Assembly (NCBI GenBank): GCA_035622635.1
Contig: DASPUZ010000186.1
Location: forward strand, 400-64,399
Direction: 5' to 3'
DNA from: a bacterium
GTDB lineage: Bacteria; Sysuimicrobiota; Sysuimicrobiia; Sysuimicrobiales; Segetimicrobiaceae
Length of the DNA stretch: 64,000 bases
The notes beneath the pieces were generated by a model. It was not told the origin of the DNA, searched no databases, and saw only the letters and a program-made list of their open reading frames with translations. Position numbers and translations under genes: made by a program. Below, in pieces: positions 18,715-29,656 of the stretch. Positions within the stretch are counted from its first letter, which is position 1, and the number at the start of each line of letters is the position of its first letter.

Positions 18715-19593
18715 CTATTCCACGTTCTGGATCTGCTCCCGGAGGCTCTCCAGCTCGCCCTTCACTGCGATCACGAGGCGCGTGATGGCGAGATCATTGG
18801 CCTTGCTTCCAATCGTATTAGCCTCCCGGCCCAGCTCCTGCACGATGAACTCCAGCGTCCGTCCCACAGCGCCGTTCGACCCGAGCGTCGCCCGAAACTG
18901 AGCCAGGTGACCTCGGAATCGCGTGATCTCTTCGGCAACGTCCGCTCGCTCGGCGAACATCGCCACCTCTGTAGCGAGCCGCGCCGGGTCCACCGGAACT
19001 CCCCCCGCAAACTCCTGGACCCGCCGCTCGAGGCGGGCGTGATACTCCTGAACCACGGATGGCGCACGTTCCTCGATCGCCGTGATGTGTTCCTCGAGCC
19101 GCGCGATTCGGCGGTCCAGATCGCTCTCGAGCCTGGCCCCTTCGGTCTCGCGCATCGCCACCAGCCGATTCACCGCCCCGCCGATCCCCTCTGACAGCGC
19201 CGGCCAGAGGGTCTCCAAATCGTCCTTCTGCTCCTCGATTCGGATGAGATCCGGCAGCGAGACAAACATGGAGAGGTCGAGCGGTCCGGAGATCGAGAGA
19301 GCCTGTTTTAGGTCATTTAGAGCCTTGATGTACGCTTCAGCCAGATCTAGGTCCGCCTTAACCGTCCTTGTGCGCTTTCCTTGCTCCTCTCGGATTATAG
19401 CAACATCAACCCGTCCCCGCAACACGCGGCCTTGGACGAGGGCCTTCGCCCGATCCTCCAACGCCGCAAGGTCTCTCGGGAGCCTGACGATGATCTCACA
19501 AAACCGGTGATTGACCGAGCGGACCTCGATCGCATAGCGGCCGGACCCAGCGACCGCCTCGCCGGTTCCGAAACCGGTCATGCTCCGGATCAT
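18715..19593 (-). CDS. yicC: YicC/YloC-family protein (stress-induced; endoribonuclease family)
   Basis: [10 protein letters not shown]-terminus and a C-terminal DUF1732-like region ([38 protein letters not shown]). The track ORF adds 6 codons upstream. Confidence 0.9.
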   Translation of the reverse strand: MIRSMTGFGTGEAVAGSGRYAIEVRSVNHRFCEIIVRLPRDLAALEDRAKALVQGRVLRGRVDVAIIREEQGKRTRTVKADLDLAEAYIKALNDLKQALSISGPLDLSMFVSLPDLIRIEEQKDDLETLWPALSEGIGGAVNRLVAMRETEGARLESDLDRRIARLEEHITAIEERAPSVVQEYHARLERRVQEFAGGVPVDPARLATEVAMFAERADVAEEITRFRGHLAQFRATLGSNGAVGRTLEFIVQELGREANTIGSKANDLAITRLVIAVKGELESLREQIQNVE

Positions 19594-19760
19594 CGGCACC
19601 GCTCCGGCCACTTACGCCCACGGAACAAAACACGAGGCAGCACTCAAGGAGAGTGCGGCGCCCGCCGTCCAATCTCCTCCCCGAGGTCGGTCCCTTCCCG
19701 CGTCACGTTGCATCCCGTATACTCTGAGCGTCGCGGGCATCCTCGCCGCAAGGAGGAGGC

Positions 19761-21497
19761 ATGCCGGAGATCATCCAGCCGTCCATCGACGGGCTCGTGC
19801 TCGCCTCGATCGCACGCGAGCTGCGTGCGCACGTGGGCGCGCGCTTCGCCGGCGTTCGCCAACCCGATCCCCAGGCCGTCGTGCTCGCCCTCCGAGATCC
19901 GGGTGGGATCGCTCACCTCTACGGTTCGATCCACCCGCGCACGGCAAGGGTGCACTTGACCACCCGTCCTCGGGCCACGGAACACCTCACACCGTTCGGA
20001 CAATTGCTTCGCAGCCGGCTGACCCACTCGCGCCTCGACGGTGTGGAACAGCCCCCGTTCGACCGGGTGCTGCGGCTTCGATTCGACGCGCTCCAGGGCC
20101 CGCTCACGATGATCGCAGAGATCATGGGCCGGTACAGCAACATGATCCTCACGGACGGGCGCGTCGTTCTGGGAGCCCTCAAGGTGGTCACGCCTCGGAT
20201 GTCGCCCCGGCGGCCGGTACTGCCGGGCCGTCCCTACGTGCCGCCGCCGGCCGATCGTCCGGGACCGGACCAGCTCGACGAAACCGCGTTATGTGCGCTG
20301 TGCAACGGGCCGCGGCCGATTTGGCAGCAGCTCATGGGAGCCGTACTGGGCGTCGGGCCAGTGCTGGCCCGCGAAGTCGCTCTCCGGGCCGGCGTCGACC
20401 CGCAAACGCCCGCGGGTGATGCGGCGGCGGCGTGCGAACGGCTCCACGCAGCGCTTCGTGAACTCACGGACATCGCCAGAATGGAGCGGTTCTCACCTGT
20501 CGCCTACGAACACGGGGGACGCACAGTCGCATTTGCCGCGGTCCCGTTGCGCGTGTACGCCGATCTATCGCCGCTGCCGGTCGCCTCGATGAGCGAGGCG
20601 CTCGAGCGTTACTACCGCGATCTCACCGAGGTCGGCCCGTTGGAGGAACACCGGCGCGCGCTCCAGCGAGCGGCACGCGGCGCGCTGCAGCAACGCGAGC
20701 ACGCGCTCGAGGAGAACCGCAGGGCGCTCGACGAGAGTGCGCAGGCAGAGCGATACCGCCTCATGGGGGACCTCCTCCTCGCGTACGCGGGCCACGCCGG
20801 CCCCGGAGCCGACTCGGTCGTAGTCCCCGACCATACCGCCGGCGGCAGCGAGATCACGATTGCGCTTGATCCGGGGCTCACGGCCGTCGAGAACGCGCGG
20901 CTGTATTTCCGCCGGTACGCCAAAGCCAGGGCCGCGGCCCGCGCAGTGCCCGACCGAATCGCCCGGCTGGAGGATGAAACGCTGGCGCTCCGCGGCGCAT
21001 TCGTCCAGATCGTGACCGCGGAGTCGCTCGACGACCTCTCGGAGATCGAGGGGGATCTGGCACACAGCGGGATGCTTCGATCGTCGCCGCGCCGGCGCCC
21101 TGTCACAAAACCGGGACCCCGCCGATTCTGTGCTCCGGGCGGGGCGACCATCATCGTGGGACGCAGCGCGCGGGAAAACGACCACGTGACGTTCCACATC
21201 GCGGCACCGGACGACCTGTGGCTGCATGCTCGCGGCCTGGCGGGAGCGCACGTCGTCCTCAAAACGGCGGGCATACCGTCCGAAGAGGCGATTTGGGCCG
21301 CCGCGCAGGTCGCCGCCTACTTCAGCGAGGGACGTGAGGCCGGGCTGGTAGCTGTCGATTGCGTGGCGCGCAAGCACGTCCGTAAGCCGCGCGGGGCGAC
21401 GCCGGGGACGGTGACCTACTCCGAGGAACGGACGGTGCGGGTGACGCCGGCATTGCCCCCGAGGAGTGGCGACGGGCAACGCGTCGGCGGAGGATGA
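19761..21497 (+). CDS. rqcH: ribosome quality-control factor RqcH (NFACT / FbpA-YloA family)
   Basis: NFACT-N domain, a coiled-coil middle section and a DUF814/NFACT-R region (WLHARGLAGAHVVLK). It is 578 aa and one of only two plus-strand genes. Confidence 0.9.
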   Translation: MPEIIQPSIDGLVLASIARELRAHVGARFAGVRQPDPQAVVLALRDPGGIAHLYGSIHPRTARVHLTTRPRATEHLTPFGQLLRSRLTHSRLDGVEQPPFDRVLRLRFDALQGPLTMIAEIMGRYSNMILTDGRVVLGALKVVTPRMSPRRPVLPGRPYVPPPADRPGPDQLDETALCALCNGPRPIWQQLMGAVLGVGPVLAREVALRAGVDPQTPAGDAAAACERLHAALRELTDIARMERFSPVAYEHGGRTVAFAAVPLRVYADLSPLPVASMSEALERYYRDLTEVGPLEEHRRALQRAARGALQQREHALEENRRALDESAQAERYRLMGDLLLAYAGHAGPGADSVVVPDHTAGGSEITIALDPGLTAVENARLYFRRYAKARAAARAVPDRIARLEDETLALRGAFVQIVTAESLDDLSEIEGDLAHSGMLRSSPRRRPVTKPGPRRFCAPGGATIIVGRSARENDHVTFHIAAPDDLWLHARGLAGAHVVLKTAGIPSEEAIWAAAQVAAYFSEGREAGLVAVDCVARKHVRKPRGATPGTVTYSEERTVRVTPALPPRSGDGQRVGGG

Positions 21498-21518
21498 GGA
21501 TCCCCAGGGTCTCGCGCC

Positions 21519-22094
<576 letters not shown>

Positions 22095-23126
22095 CTACTG
22101 TTCGCTGTGATCCGCCCGGCCCCTGTGGGTGGGCCGCAGTCCGTTGAACCGCGTCGAGAGGCTGGCACCGCTCCCGGCAGCGCTTCGGAGACGCTCAAGC
22201 AGGCGGGCGATGTCGTCCGGCAGCGGGGCCGTACACATCAACCGGGTCCCGGTCGCGGGATGCGTAAACTCCAGCTGCGCGGCGTGCAGGGCTTGGCGGC
22301 GCAGCTCCGGAACGCGCGCATGACCGTAGACGGGATCGCCAAGAATCGGGTGGCCGATGTGGGCCATGTGCACGCGGATTTGATGCGTTCGTCCGGTCTC
22401 GAGCCGGCACGCGAGCAATGTGGCCTCGGCAAACCTCTCCAGCACCGTGTAGTGCGTCACCGCCGGCCGGCCGCGCTCCGTGACCGCCTGTCGCGTGCGG
22501 TGAGACGGGTGGCGTCCGACGGGCGCGCGAATAGTGCCTCGCTCCCGCGCAACGCGGCCCCGGACGAGCGCCAAGTAGGTACGCGAGATGGTGCGCGCCC
22601 GGAGCTGCCCGGCGAGCGAGCGGTGAGCGTCGTCGGTCTGGGCAATCACCAGCAGGCCGGAGGTGTCCTTGTCTAGCCGGTGGACGATCCCAGGCCGGAG
22701 CGCACCTCCGGCCTTGGGAAGCCCCTCAACCCGGGCGAGGATCGCGTTCACGAGCGTACCTGACGGGTGACCAGGGGCGGGATGAACCGTCAGACCGGCA
22801 GGCTTGTTGATGACGAGCAGGTCCTCGTCCTCGTACACGACGTCCAGAGCGATCGGCTCGGGCCGGAGCGCGACCTCAGACGGCGGCGGGATCTCCACCC
22901 TAACGGTCTGCCCGGGCCGCAGATGAAACGACGGCTTGCGGACGGCCCCATCAACCAGAACGCACCCTGTCTGAGTGAGACGGGTGACGCGCGACCGCGA
23001 GAGATGTGGAAGGCGTTTCGCCACCACGACGTCGAGGCGGCAACCCGCGTCCTCGGACGCTGTCTCAAAGATTTCGAACGACGTAGACTGGGAGTCAGTC
23101 TCGAGGCTCAACGGCCTCCGGTCCAT
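22095..23126 (-). CDS. rluD: RluA-family 23S rRNA pseudouridine synthase (RluD-like) with N-terminal S4 domain
   Basis: S4 domain (RLDVVVAKRL..SRSRV..L...G.VLVDG), catalytic HRLDKDTSGLLV and the GRTHQIRVH motif. Confidence 0.9.
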   Translation of the reverse strand: MDRRPLSLETDSQSTSFEIFETASEDAGCRLDVVVAKRLPHLSRSRVTRLTQTGCVLVDGAVRKPSFHLRPGQTVRVEIPPPSEVALRPEPIALDVVYEDEDLLVINKPAGLTVHPAPGHPSGTLVNAILARVEGLPKAGGALRPGIVHRLDKDTSGLLVIAQTDDAHRSLAGQLRARTISRTYLALVRGRVARERGTIRAPVGRHPSHRTRQAVTERGRPAVTHYTVLERFAEATLLACRLETGRTHQIRVHMAHIGHPILGDPVYGHARVPELRRQALHAAQLEFTHPATGTRLMCTAPLPDDIARLLERLRSAAGSGASLSTRFNGLRPTHRGRADHSEQ

Positions 23127-23883
23127 TCTCGCCCCGGTCAGCTTGATCCGTCTCGGCGCCGGACCGGCCGAGTATCACCCACATCGTCCCGGCGACAGCC
23201 GCGGCCACGATGCTCGCGGCCTGCGCGAGCGTCAGCGATCCGAGAATACGCGGACTGTCCATGAATGGCTCGATGATGATGCGCCCGATCCCGTAGAGGA
23301 ACAGGAATTCCCAGAACAGGCGGCCGGGCGCGCGCGGAACACCGTCGCGCCACATCAGCAGTGCAAAGATCGCGAGCGACACAACCATGAGATACAGTTG
23401 CGTTGGGTGGCGGGCCTGACCGAAGAGGGTTACCGCCCACGGCAGGTTCGACGGGCGCCCGTAGTTGAGGCCGTACAGCAACGTGCCGACCATGGCGATA
23501 GCGTACCCGAGCGCGAGGCTCGGCGCGGCCGCGTCTGCAATCGATCCGAGACTCCACCGGTGGGCACGCCCGTACAGCCATGCCACGATGGCGCCGCCTG
23601 CGAGCGCGCCGTAGAAGGTGAGCCCCGCATCCTTCCAGATCGTCAACATACGCCCGGGGTCGCCCGCGAAATCCGGAAAATTGACCAGCACGTACCCGAT
23701 CCGCGCTCCGACCACCCCGCCGATGATCGTGTAGAGACTGAGGTCGAGCACCTCGCCGCCGTCCCACCCAAACCCTCTGGTCCGCGCCCGCAACACCAGG
23801 ATGCCGACGACAAACGCCACCAGGAGGAACACGCCGAACGACGAGACTGGAAACGGTCCTAACTGAAATAGCACTGGCTTCAT
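23095..23883 (-). CDS. lgt: prolipoprotein diacylglyceryl transferase
   Basis: A polytopic protein with Lgt-typical segments (GPFPVSSFGVFLLVAF, GARIGYV, GLTFYGAL, GRPSNLPWAV). The ATG overlaps the lspA stop (ATGA). Confidence 0.9.
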   Translation of the reverse strand: MKPVLFQLGPFPVSSFGVFLLVAFVVGILVLRARTRGFGWDGGEVLDLSLYTIIGGVVGARIGYVLVNFPDFAGDPGRMLTIWKDAGLTFYGALAGGAIVAWLYGRAHRWSLGSIADAAAPSLALGYAIAMVGTLLYGLNYGRPSNLPWAVTLFGQARHPTQLYLMVVSLAIFALLMWRDGVPRAPGRLFWEFLFLYGIGRIIIEPFMDSPRILGSLTLAQAASIVAAAVAGTMWVILGRSGAETDQADRGENGPEAVEPRD

Positions 23884-24389
23884 CCGTCACCCCCGTTGCA
23901 CGGACGCGCTCTCGAGTCCGCCGGTCCTCCGCCACGAGCCTGGGAACCAGCCCCGTCGCGCGGCGCTCCCCCTCGGAGCGCAAGCACGAGCAGACCGGCA
24001 CCGACCACGATTGCGGTATCGGCCAGGTTGAAGACGGGCCAGACGTGAACGTCCAGGTAGTCGAGCACGTACCCAAAGCGAAGGCGATCCGTGATGTTGG
24101 CAAATGCCCCGCCGATCATGAGCCCCAGCCCCCACTGGCCGGCGCTCGTGACCAGCCACGCGTTCCTATTGTAGAGAACCACGGCGAGCACGGTCAAGGC
24201 AACTGCAACGGTCACCGGGACCGGGAGTTGGGCCAGCAGTCCGAACGCGACACCGGAGTTCTCCCGACGCGTGAGCGACAGGAGGCCCGGAACCACGACA
24301 CGATCTGTTCCCGGCGCAACGATCGTTGCTACGACCCAGTCCGCCGCCTGAGCGACACTCCATGCCAGCACCAGGGCGGCCGCCCACAT
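23880..24389 (-). CDS. lspA: lipoprotein signal peptidase (signal peptidase II)
   Basis: NSGVAFGL and VFNLADTAIVVGAGLL motifs with four TM helices. The ATG at 24389 avoids overlap with the upstream gene; the track start at 24512 is over-extended. Confidence 0.9.
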   Translation of the reverse strand: MWAAALVLAWSVAQAADWVVATIVAPGTDRVVVPGLLSLTRRENSGVAFGLLAQLPVPVTVAVALTVLAVVLYNRNAWLVTSAGQWGLGLMIGGAFANITDRLRFGYVLDYLDVHVWPVFNLADTAIVVGAGLLVLALRGGAPRDGAGSQARGGGPADSRARPCNGGDG

Positions 24390-24406
24390 GCAACCGCGGA
24401 CCGCGC

Positions 24407-24925
24407 TCAGCGCGCGGCGCTGCGCAGCCGCTCCTCGCGCTCCTTGCACTTGATACACAATCGCGTGTAGGGAATCGCCCGCAAGCGGTTCGCGTCGATC
24501 AACTGACCGCACGCCGTGCAGATCCCGTACGACCCTGTTCGGATGCGCCGGAGCGCCTCCTCCACCATTGCGAGAAGGCCCTGCACGCTGCTCTCGAGTG
24601 CCAGTCCCTTCTCCCGCTCGAATGCCTCGCTCGCGACATCGACGAGATCCTCGTCGTACCCGCCGGAGACATCGGCGACGGGTTTCTCCTCACGGGCTTT
24701 GACCTGGTGCTGCTCCATCTCCGACAGTTCTTGGCGGAGACGCTGGCGCTCCTCGAGGAGCAGACGCGCATATGTCTCGAGTGGGCCGATTCCGCCTCCT
24801 TTCGCCCGCCGCGGCGCCGTGTCGGATCCGGGGCGCGCCGCGGCCTTCCTGACGGTCTGCGTGCGCGAGCGTCCCCCTCGATTGTTCCGGCCGGACGTGG
24901 ACTTGGATGAGCGCTTTTGAGGCAT
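24407..24925 (-). CDS. DksA/TraR-family C4 zinc-finger protein (YlyA/YteA-like) with a basic N-terminal tail
   Basis: C-terminal CTACGQLIDANRLRAIPYTRLCIKCKE zinc finger preceded by a coiled coil. It sits upstream of lspA, as ylyA does in Bacillus. Confidence 0.8.
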   Translation of the reverse strand: MPQKRSSKSTSGRNNRGGRSRTQTVRKAAARPGSDTAPRRAKGGGIGPLETYARLLLEERQRLRQELSEMEQHQVKAREEKPVADVSGGYDEDLVDVASEAFEREKGLALESSVQGLLAMVEEALRRIRTGSYGICTACGQLIDANRLRAIPYTRLCIKCKEREERLRSAAR

Positions 24926-24949
24926 TCAGCTCCTCCTCACGGGGACTGT

Positions 24950-25726
24950 CTACTCCGCGCCGCCTTCGCTCAAACGCCGGCACGGCTGAGCGTATTCCTC
25001 AACTCCCGACTCGCGGAGCGCGGCACGCGCCAGAATCTCGGTGCTGTCCAGGACGGGCACCGGCGCATCACCGGGCCCCATCACCAACGGCAACTCAGTG
25101 CACCCCAGAACGATCGCGCCGGCTCCGCGGCCGATGAGGATGGCGGCAATCTCCCGCACCGACGCACGCACGCTTGAGCCGAGATCGCCGGCTTTTACCG
25201 CCTCGATCGCCGACATGACCACCGCTTCCTCGGATGCCGTGGGTTCAATGACGGCGAGGCCGTGCCCGCCGAGGGCGCGATGATAGAGGCGCATCTCGAG
25301 CGTCCCCTCGGTCGCGAGAATCCCGACCGTGTGCGGCACCGGTTCGAGCGCGGTCACCGCGGCCGCGACTTCCTCCGTGATGTCCAACACGGGGATCCCC
25401 ACGGCCCGCCGGATCGGCTCGAGAAACGCGTGTGACGAGTTGCACGGGATGACGATAAACTCGGCTCCCGCCCGCTCCAGGTTTTGAGCCGTCGACACGA
25501 GCGCCCGGGTCGGATCCGGGCCGCGCCCCCTCACCGCCGCAGTCCGGTCCGGTATCTTGGGGTTGCTGTCGATGATGACGCGTGGGTGATCCTGATCCAC
25601 CCGCGCCGGCGTGAGCCGCACCAGTTTCGCGTAGAAGTCTGCTGTCGCCAGCGGTCCCATCCCGCCGAGCACGCCAACGATGCGTTGTCCGTCCCGCGTG
25701 CGCGACTCTCCAGCCGTTCTAGTCAT
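24950..25726 (-). CDS. aspartate/glutamate/hydantoin-racemase-family protein (aspartate racemase-like)
   Basis: GVLGGMGPLATADFYAKL, two catalytic-Cys contexts (IPCNSSHAF and LGCTELPLV), about 258 aa. Confidence 0.85.
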   Translation of the reverse strand: MTRTAGESRTRDGQRIVGVLGGMGPLATADFYAKLVRLTPARVDQDHPRVIIDSNPKIPDRTAAVRGRGPDPTRALVSTAQNLERAGAEFIVIPCNSSHAFLEPIRRAVGIPVLDITEEVAAAVTALEPVPHTVGILATEGTLEMRLYHRALGGHGLAVIEPTASEEAVVMSAIEAVKAGDLGSSVRASVREIAAILIGRGAGAIVLGCTELPLVMGPGDAPVPVLDSTEILARAALRESGVEEYAQPCRRLSEGGAE

Positions 25727-25939
25727 CGAAACATCACCGGTCCGGCGGCGTCGTTGCCTCCAGCCTAACCGCCCTAGGGTATCGCCATTCTGGCCCGCGC
25801 GCGTAGTGGCCGCGCGCCTCCCGGTCTACGCCGTGGGCCAGGCACAGGCTCGGAGGCACGGTCAACGGACTCGATACATCCGGTCCCATTGTTTCGGGCC
25901 ATTTCCGCGGTCCCCTGCTCCGACCTCGAATTTCCCTGC

Positions 25940-28900
25940 CTACGGCTCGGCCCGCGCGATCGCCAGCGCAAGCTCCCTGCCGTCGAGCCGCAGCGTCTTC
26001 CGATGCACTCCCGGGCCGTCCGGTGCTGCGCCGGCCCGTGCGTCACGGGCGAGGGTCTCTCGCAGAACGTAGTCTCCGTGTGCCGTGAGAACGTCGACCA
26101 GCACCGCATCCTCCGGGTAGTACAAAGTGATCCTGTCCGCGATTTCGAACCCTGCTTCCTTGCGCCACTGCTGAATCTGATGCACTAGTTCTCGCGCCAG
26201 GCCTTCTCGCACCAGCGCGTCGGTCAGCGCGGTATCGAGGACGATCCAATCGCCGGCCTCCCCCGCCCCGGTGAGGCCCGTGTTCCAGTGCATCCGAACA
26301 TCTACTTCCGCTCGCTCGAGGACCACTTCCCGGTCATCGGCCAGGCGCAACCGGTATGGCTCTCCTTCGGGCGTCCGTGCAAGCAGCGCGTGCCCTTCGG
26401 CGCGAAGCGCCTCGACGATCTTCGTGATCTCCCCCCCGAACTTGGGACCCAACAGGTCGAAACGCGGGCGCACCTCGAGCCGGCCGAATGTCGTCACCGC
26501 CTCGGCGAAGCGGACACCCTTAACGTTCAACTCCTCCTTGATGTGGTCCACCAACTCCCGGTATCTTGTGCCTCCGAGCATGCCGGAGCGTTCCACGATC
26601 GTCGCCATGGCAAGCGGCTGGCGGACGCGCAGCTTCGCCGCGTTGCGGGCGGCCCGTCCCAACGAAATGAGCGAACGGGTGCGGTCCATCGCCTCCTCGA
26701 GCCGCGGATCGGGCGCCCAAGCCGGGGTGGGATAGTCGCACAGGTGCACGCTTTCGGGGACCTCGGCATCGACCGACCGGACGAGATTCTGGTAGAGCGC
26801 CTCGGCGAGAAACGGCACGAACGGGGCGAGCACGCGCGCGAGCGTCACGAGCGCCTCATAGAGCGTCGAGTAGGCAGCCTGCTTGTCGGCGTCCGCCTCG
26901 GACTTCCAGTATCGCCGGCGCCCCCGCCGAACGTACCACACCGACAGATCCTCGACGAACCGCTCGATGGGCCGCGCGGCACCGGAGACGTCATAATCAT
27001 CGAGCCGCTCGCGCACCGTCTCGACAAGTCCGCGGAGGCACGACAGCAACCACCGGTCGAGCAGGCTTCCTTCGTACGCGGATCCATCTTCCGTCGTCGA
27101 CTCCCGACGAGCGGCCCAGGTGCGGTCCGTCGCGGTCGGCCCGGACGTTTGCGCGATCCCCTCCGGTCGGGACGTCACCCGCTGCGCCAGGCCCGGTGTC
27201 CAGCCGTCGAGCGTGGCGTAGGTGACGAAGAACGCATAGACGTTCCACAGCGGCAGGATGAACCGGCGCCGCACGTCATCGCCGGGCCCGTACCCGAAGT
27301 TGATGTTTTGCACGGGGTTTTGCGCGGCGTACAGCCAACGCACGACGTCGGCGCCCATCTTCTCGGCGGCGTCGTTGAATTCGATCATGTTGCCCCAGGA
27401 TTTGTGCATCTCGCGGCCTTGCTCATCGCGCACCATGGCGTGTCCCAGGCATGTCCGGTAGGGCTCGCGATTCTCCAGCACCGTGCTCATCACCAGCATG
27501 GAATAGAACCAGTTGCGGTACTGTCCGGGGAACGCCTCGGTGATGAAGTCCGCCGGGAACCACTTCTCCCATTCGCGGCGGTTGTGCCGGTAGCCCATCG
27601 TGGAGTACGGAACGATGCCGGCATCGAGCCACGGGTTGCCCACGTCGGTGATCCTCGACACGGTGGCGCCACACTGCCGGCAGCGAATCTTGACCGAGTC
27701 GACCCAGGGGCGGTGCGGGGAGTGGCCCGAGAAGGCGTCCCAGCCCTCGACGGCGCGTGATCTGAGCTCGTCCTCACCGCCGATTACTTCGAACGTGCCG
27801 CACGCGCGGCATTCCCAGATCGGCAGTGCGAGCCCCCAGTACCGCTTCTTGCTGATCATCCAGTCGTGCATGTTGCGGAGCCAATCGAGCTCCCGCTCCA
27901 ATCCGAACTCCGGCAGCCAGCGGATCTTCCTGGTCACCCGCATCATCGGCTCGCGGAGGGGCTCCATCGAGATAAACCACTCATCGACGAGGCGGAACAC
28001 GAGCTCGCTGCCGCACCGCCAGCACATCGGATACCGGTGCGTGTATTCGTCGGCGCGATACAGCAGGCCGCGCGCCCGGAGGTTGTCGCGGATGGACTCG
28101 GCCACGTCGTAGACGTGCTGCCCCCCGAGCCAGTCATAGGCGTCGGTGAACACGCCGAATTCGTCGATCGGGGCGAGGACCGGGAGGCCGTAGGGCGCCG
28201 CCAGCGCGAAGTCCTCGGCACCGCACCCCGGCGCGATGTGCACGAGGCCGGTGCCCTCGGCGGCGCTCACGTCGGTCCACGGGATCACCCTGTGGATCAC
28301 TCCCTGCTGCGCCGGCAGCGCATCGAACGGGCCCTCGTATGTCCACCCCACGAGCTCCGCACCGCGCAGCTCCCGGAGCACCCTCACTTTGCCGTGGAGC
28401 ACCTCCTGCATGCGATCGCGCACGACGTAGTAGCTCCGGCCGTCCTGCTGCGCCTGCACGTATACAAGATCGGGGTGGACCGCGACCGCGACATTCGCCG
28501 CCAGGGTCCAGGGAGTCGTCGTCCAGACCAGGAGGTATTCGTCGGGCCGTCCGGCAATCGGCAGCCTCGCGGTGAGGCTCAGATGAGCGACCTCCTGGTA
28601 TCCTTCCGTGACGATCTCGTGCTCGGACAGACCCGTACTGCAGCGTGGGCACCACGGCATGACGTCGTGCCCTTTGTGGAGTAGGCCCCGCTCCCAGCAG
28701 CGCTTGAGGAACATCCAGATCGAGTAGTTGTTTTCGTCGGACATCGTGTAGTACGAGTGGTCCCAGTCCATCCAATGGCCGAGCCGAAGCGACTGCTGGG
28801 TCTGGATCCCGGCGTAGCGGAGGACGCGCGCCTTGCAGCGCTCGACGAACTCGGCGATCCCGTATCGCTCGATGTCCCGCTTGGACTTGAACCCGAGTTC

Positions 28901-29200
28901 CTTCTCGACCTCGACCTCGACCCACAACCCCTGGCAATCGAACCCGTTCTGGTATCGCTGGCGGTGCCCAAGCATCGTGTGGTAGCGGCAGAACAGGTCC
29001 TTGTAGGTCCGGCCCCACGCGTGGTGCACGCCCATCGGGTTGTTGGCCGTGATCGGGCCGTCGAGAAACGACCACCGCCTGCGCGCCCGTGCGTTGCGGG
29101 CCAGGTACTTGCCGAGAATGCCGCTGGACTCCCACCAGGCGAGCAGGGCCCGCTCCTGCGCGGCGAAGTCGACGCGCGTGTCAACCGGTTGAAACGCCAT
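25940..29200 (-). CDS. ileS: isoleucyl-tRNA synthetase (long form, 1086 aa)
   Basis: Class I aaRS with a HIGH-region variant GVHHAWGRT, a KMSKS-region variant MHKSWGN, a CP1 editing insertion and a long C-terminal domain. It is preceded by an Ile T-box leader. Confidence 0.97.
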   Translation of the reverse strand: MAFQPVDTRVDFAAQERALLAWWESSGILGKYLARNARARRRWSFLDGPITANNPMGVHHAWGRTYKDLFCRYHTMLGHRQRYQNGFDCQGLWVEVEVEKELGFKSKRDIERYGIAEFVERCKARVLRYAGIQTQQSLRLGHWMDWDHSYYTMSDENNYSIWMFLKRCWERGLLHKGHDVMPWCPRCSTGLSEHEIVTEGYQEVAHLSLTARLPIAGRPDEYLLVWTTTPWTLAANVAVAVHPDLVYVQAQQDGRSYYVVRDRMQEVLHGKVRVLRELRGAELVGWTYEGPFDALPAQQGVIHRVIPWTDVSAAEGTGLVHIAPGCGAEDFALAAPYGLPVLAPIDEFGVFTDAYDWLGGQHVYDVAESIRDNLRARGLLYRADEYTHRYPMCWRCGSELVFRLVDEWFISMEPLREPMMRVTRKIRWLPEFGLERELDWLRNMHDWMISKKRYWGLALPIWECRACGTFEVIGGEDELRSRAVEGWDAFSGHSPHRPWVDSVKIRCRQCGATVSRITDVGNPWLDAGIVPYSTMGYRHNRREWEKWFPADFITEAFPGQYRNWFYSMLVMSTVLENREPYRTCLGHAMVRDEQGREMHKSWGNMIEFNDAAEKMGADVVRWLYAAQNPVQNINFGYGPGDDVRRRFILPLWNVYAFFVTYATLDGWTPGLAQRVTSRPEGIAQTSGPTATDRTWAARRESTTEDGSAYEGSLLDRWLLSCLRGLVETVRERLDDYDVSGAARPIERFVEDLSVWYVRRGRRRYWKSEADADKQAAYSTLYEALVTLARVLAPFVPFLAEALYQNLVRSVDAEVPESVHLCDYPTPAWAPDPRLEEAMDRTRSLISLGRAARNAAKLRVRQPLAMATIVERSGMLGGTRYRELVDHIKEELNVKGVRFAEAVTTFGRLEVRPRFDLLGPKFGGEITKIVEALRAEGHALLARTPEGEPYRLRLADDREVVLERAEVDVRMHWNTGLTGAGEAGDWIVLDTALTDALVREGLARELVHQIQQWRKEAGFEIADRITLYYPEDAVLVDVLTAHGDYVLRETLARDARAGAAPDGPGVHRKTLRLDGRELALAIARAEP

Positions 29201-29650
29201 GCGTGCCTCCCGAAGAAAAAGGACCCCCGCCCGAACAGGGACGGAGGCGCCGCGGTACCACCCTTGGTTCCGGACCGAGATCCGGCACTCACCGAACCGA
29301 CGCGACGGATGTTCGGTCTGCCTCCGGGCCGGTGGCTGTGCCTGCGGCGTGCGCCAGTACTGAGCGTCCGGCGCGGGCTAGACCGCCGTGGACTAAACCG
29401 CCGTCGGTCAGAACCGTGACGCCGCAAAGCAACCGTCCGGAGGGACGCCGCGAACTCCCCACCTGTCGCGAGCGGCTCGCGCCCTGCTAGCGGAGGGCAA
29501 CCCGGCGGCGCCTCGAGACGCTCAGCGCGTCCGTGGGGCCGCGACTCGAGAGGTGATATCCCGCCGCCGGTTCCGTACCGGCTCTCACCACGCCCGGCTC
29601 GCTTCCCTGGCCCGGCGACGGCCGGCCTCTGTCATCGCCTGGAGCTATTC
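29201..29650 (-). promoter_or_regulatory. T-box leader RNA (candidate Ile specifier AUC) controlling ileS
   Basis: Minus-strand elements seen:
- T-box motif AACCAAGGGUGGUACCGCG at 29251..29269.
- Stem I-like elements near 29540..29640: GGCGAUGA (GA/K-turn-like), CCAGGGAAG (AG bulge-like) and GGUGAGAGCCGGUACGG (distal-loop-like).
- GGGAUAUCACC with AUC at 29555..29557, followed by A.
The leader is about 440 nt long. Confidence 0.8.
29213..29248 (-). terminator. intrinsic terminator of the ileS T-box leader
   Basis: Minus-strand RNA GCCUCCGUCCC-UGUUC-GGGCGGGGGU forms about 10 bp with one bulge. It is followed by CCUUUUUCUUC, then the SD GGGAGG and the ATG. Its 5' arm adjoins the T-box sequence, as expected for terminator/antiterminator competition. 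Confidence 0.6.
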
Positions 29651-29656
29651 GGCGCG

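Noticed and set aside
19594-19760. Divergent promoter pair between yicC and rqcH. TATACT at 19718..19723 looks like a -10.
   Set aside because: No acceptable -35 is present at 16-18 nt (only TTCCCG), and TTGCAT sits just 4 nt upstream. This is too weak to call as a feature.
25727-25939. GC-rich hairpin (CGCGCGC...GCGCGCG around 25791..25818) downstream of ileS, as a possible terminator or small RNA.
   Set aside because: It is a self-complementary CG repeat without a U-tract on the transcribed strand. It is not distinguishable from background structure in GC-rich DNA.
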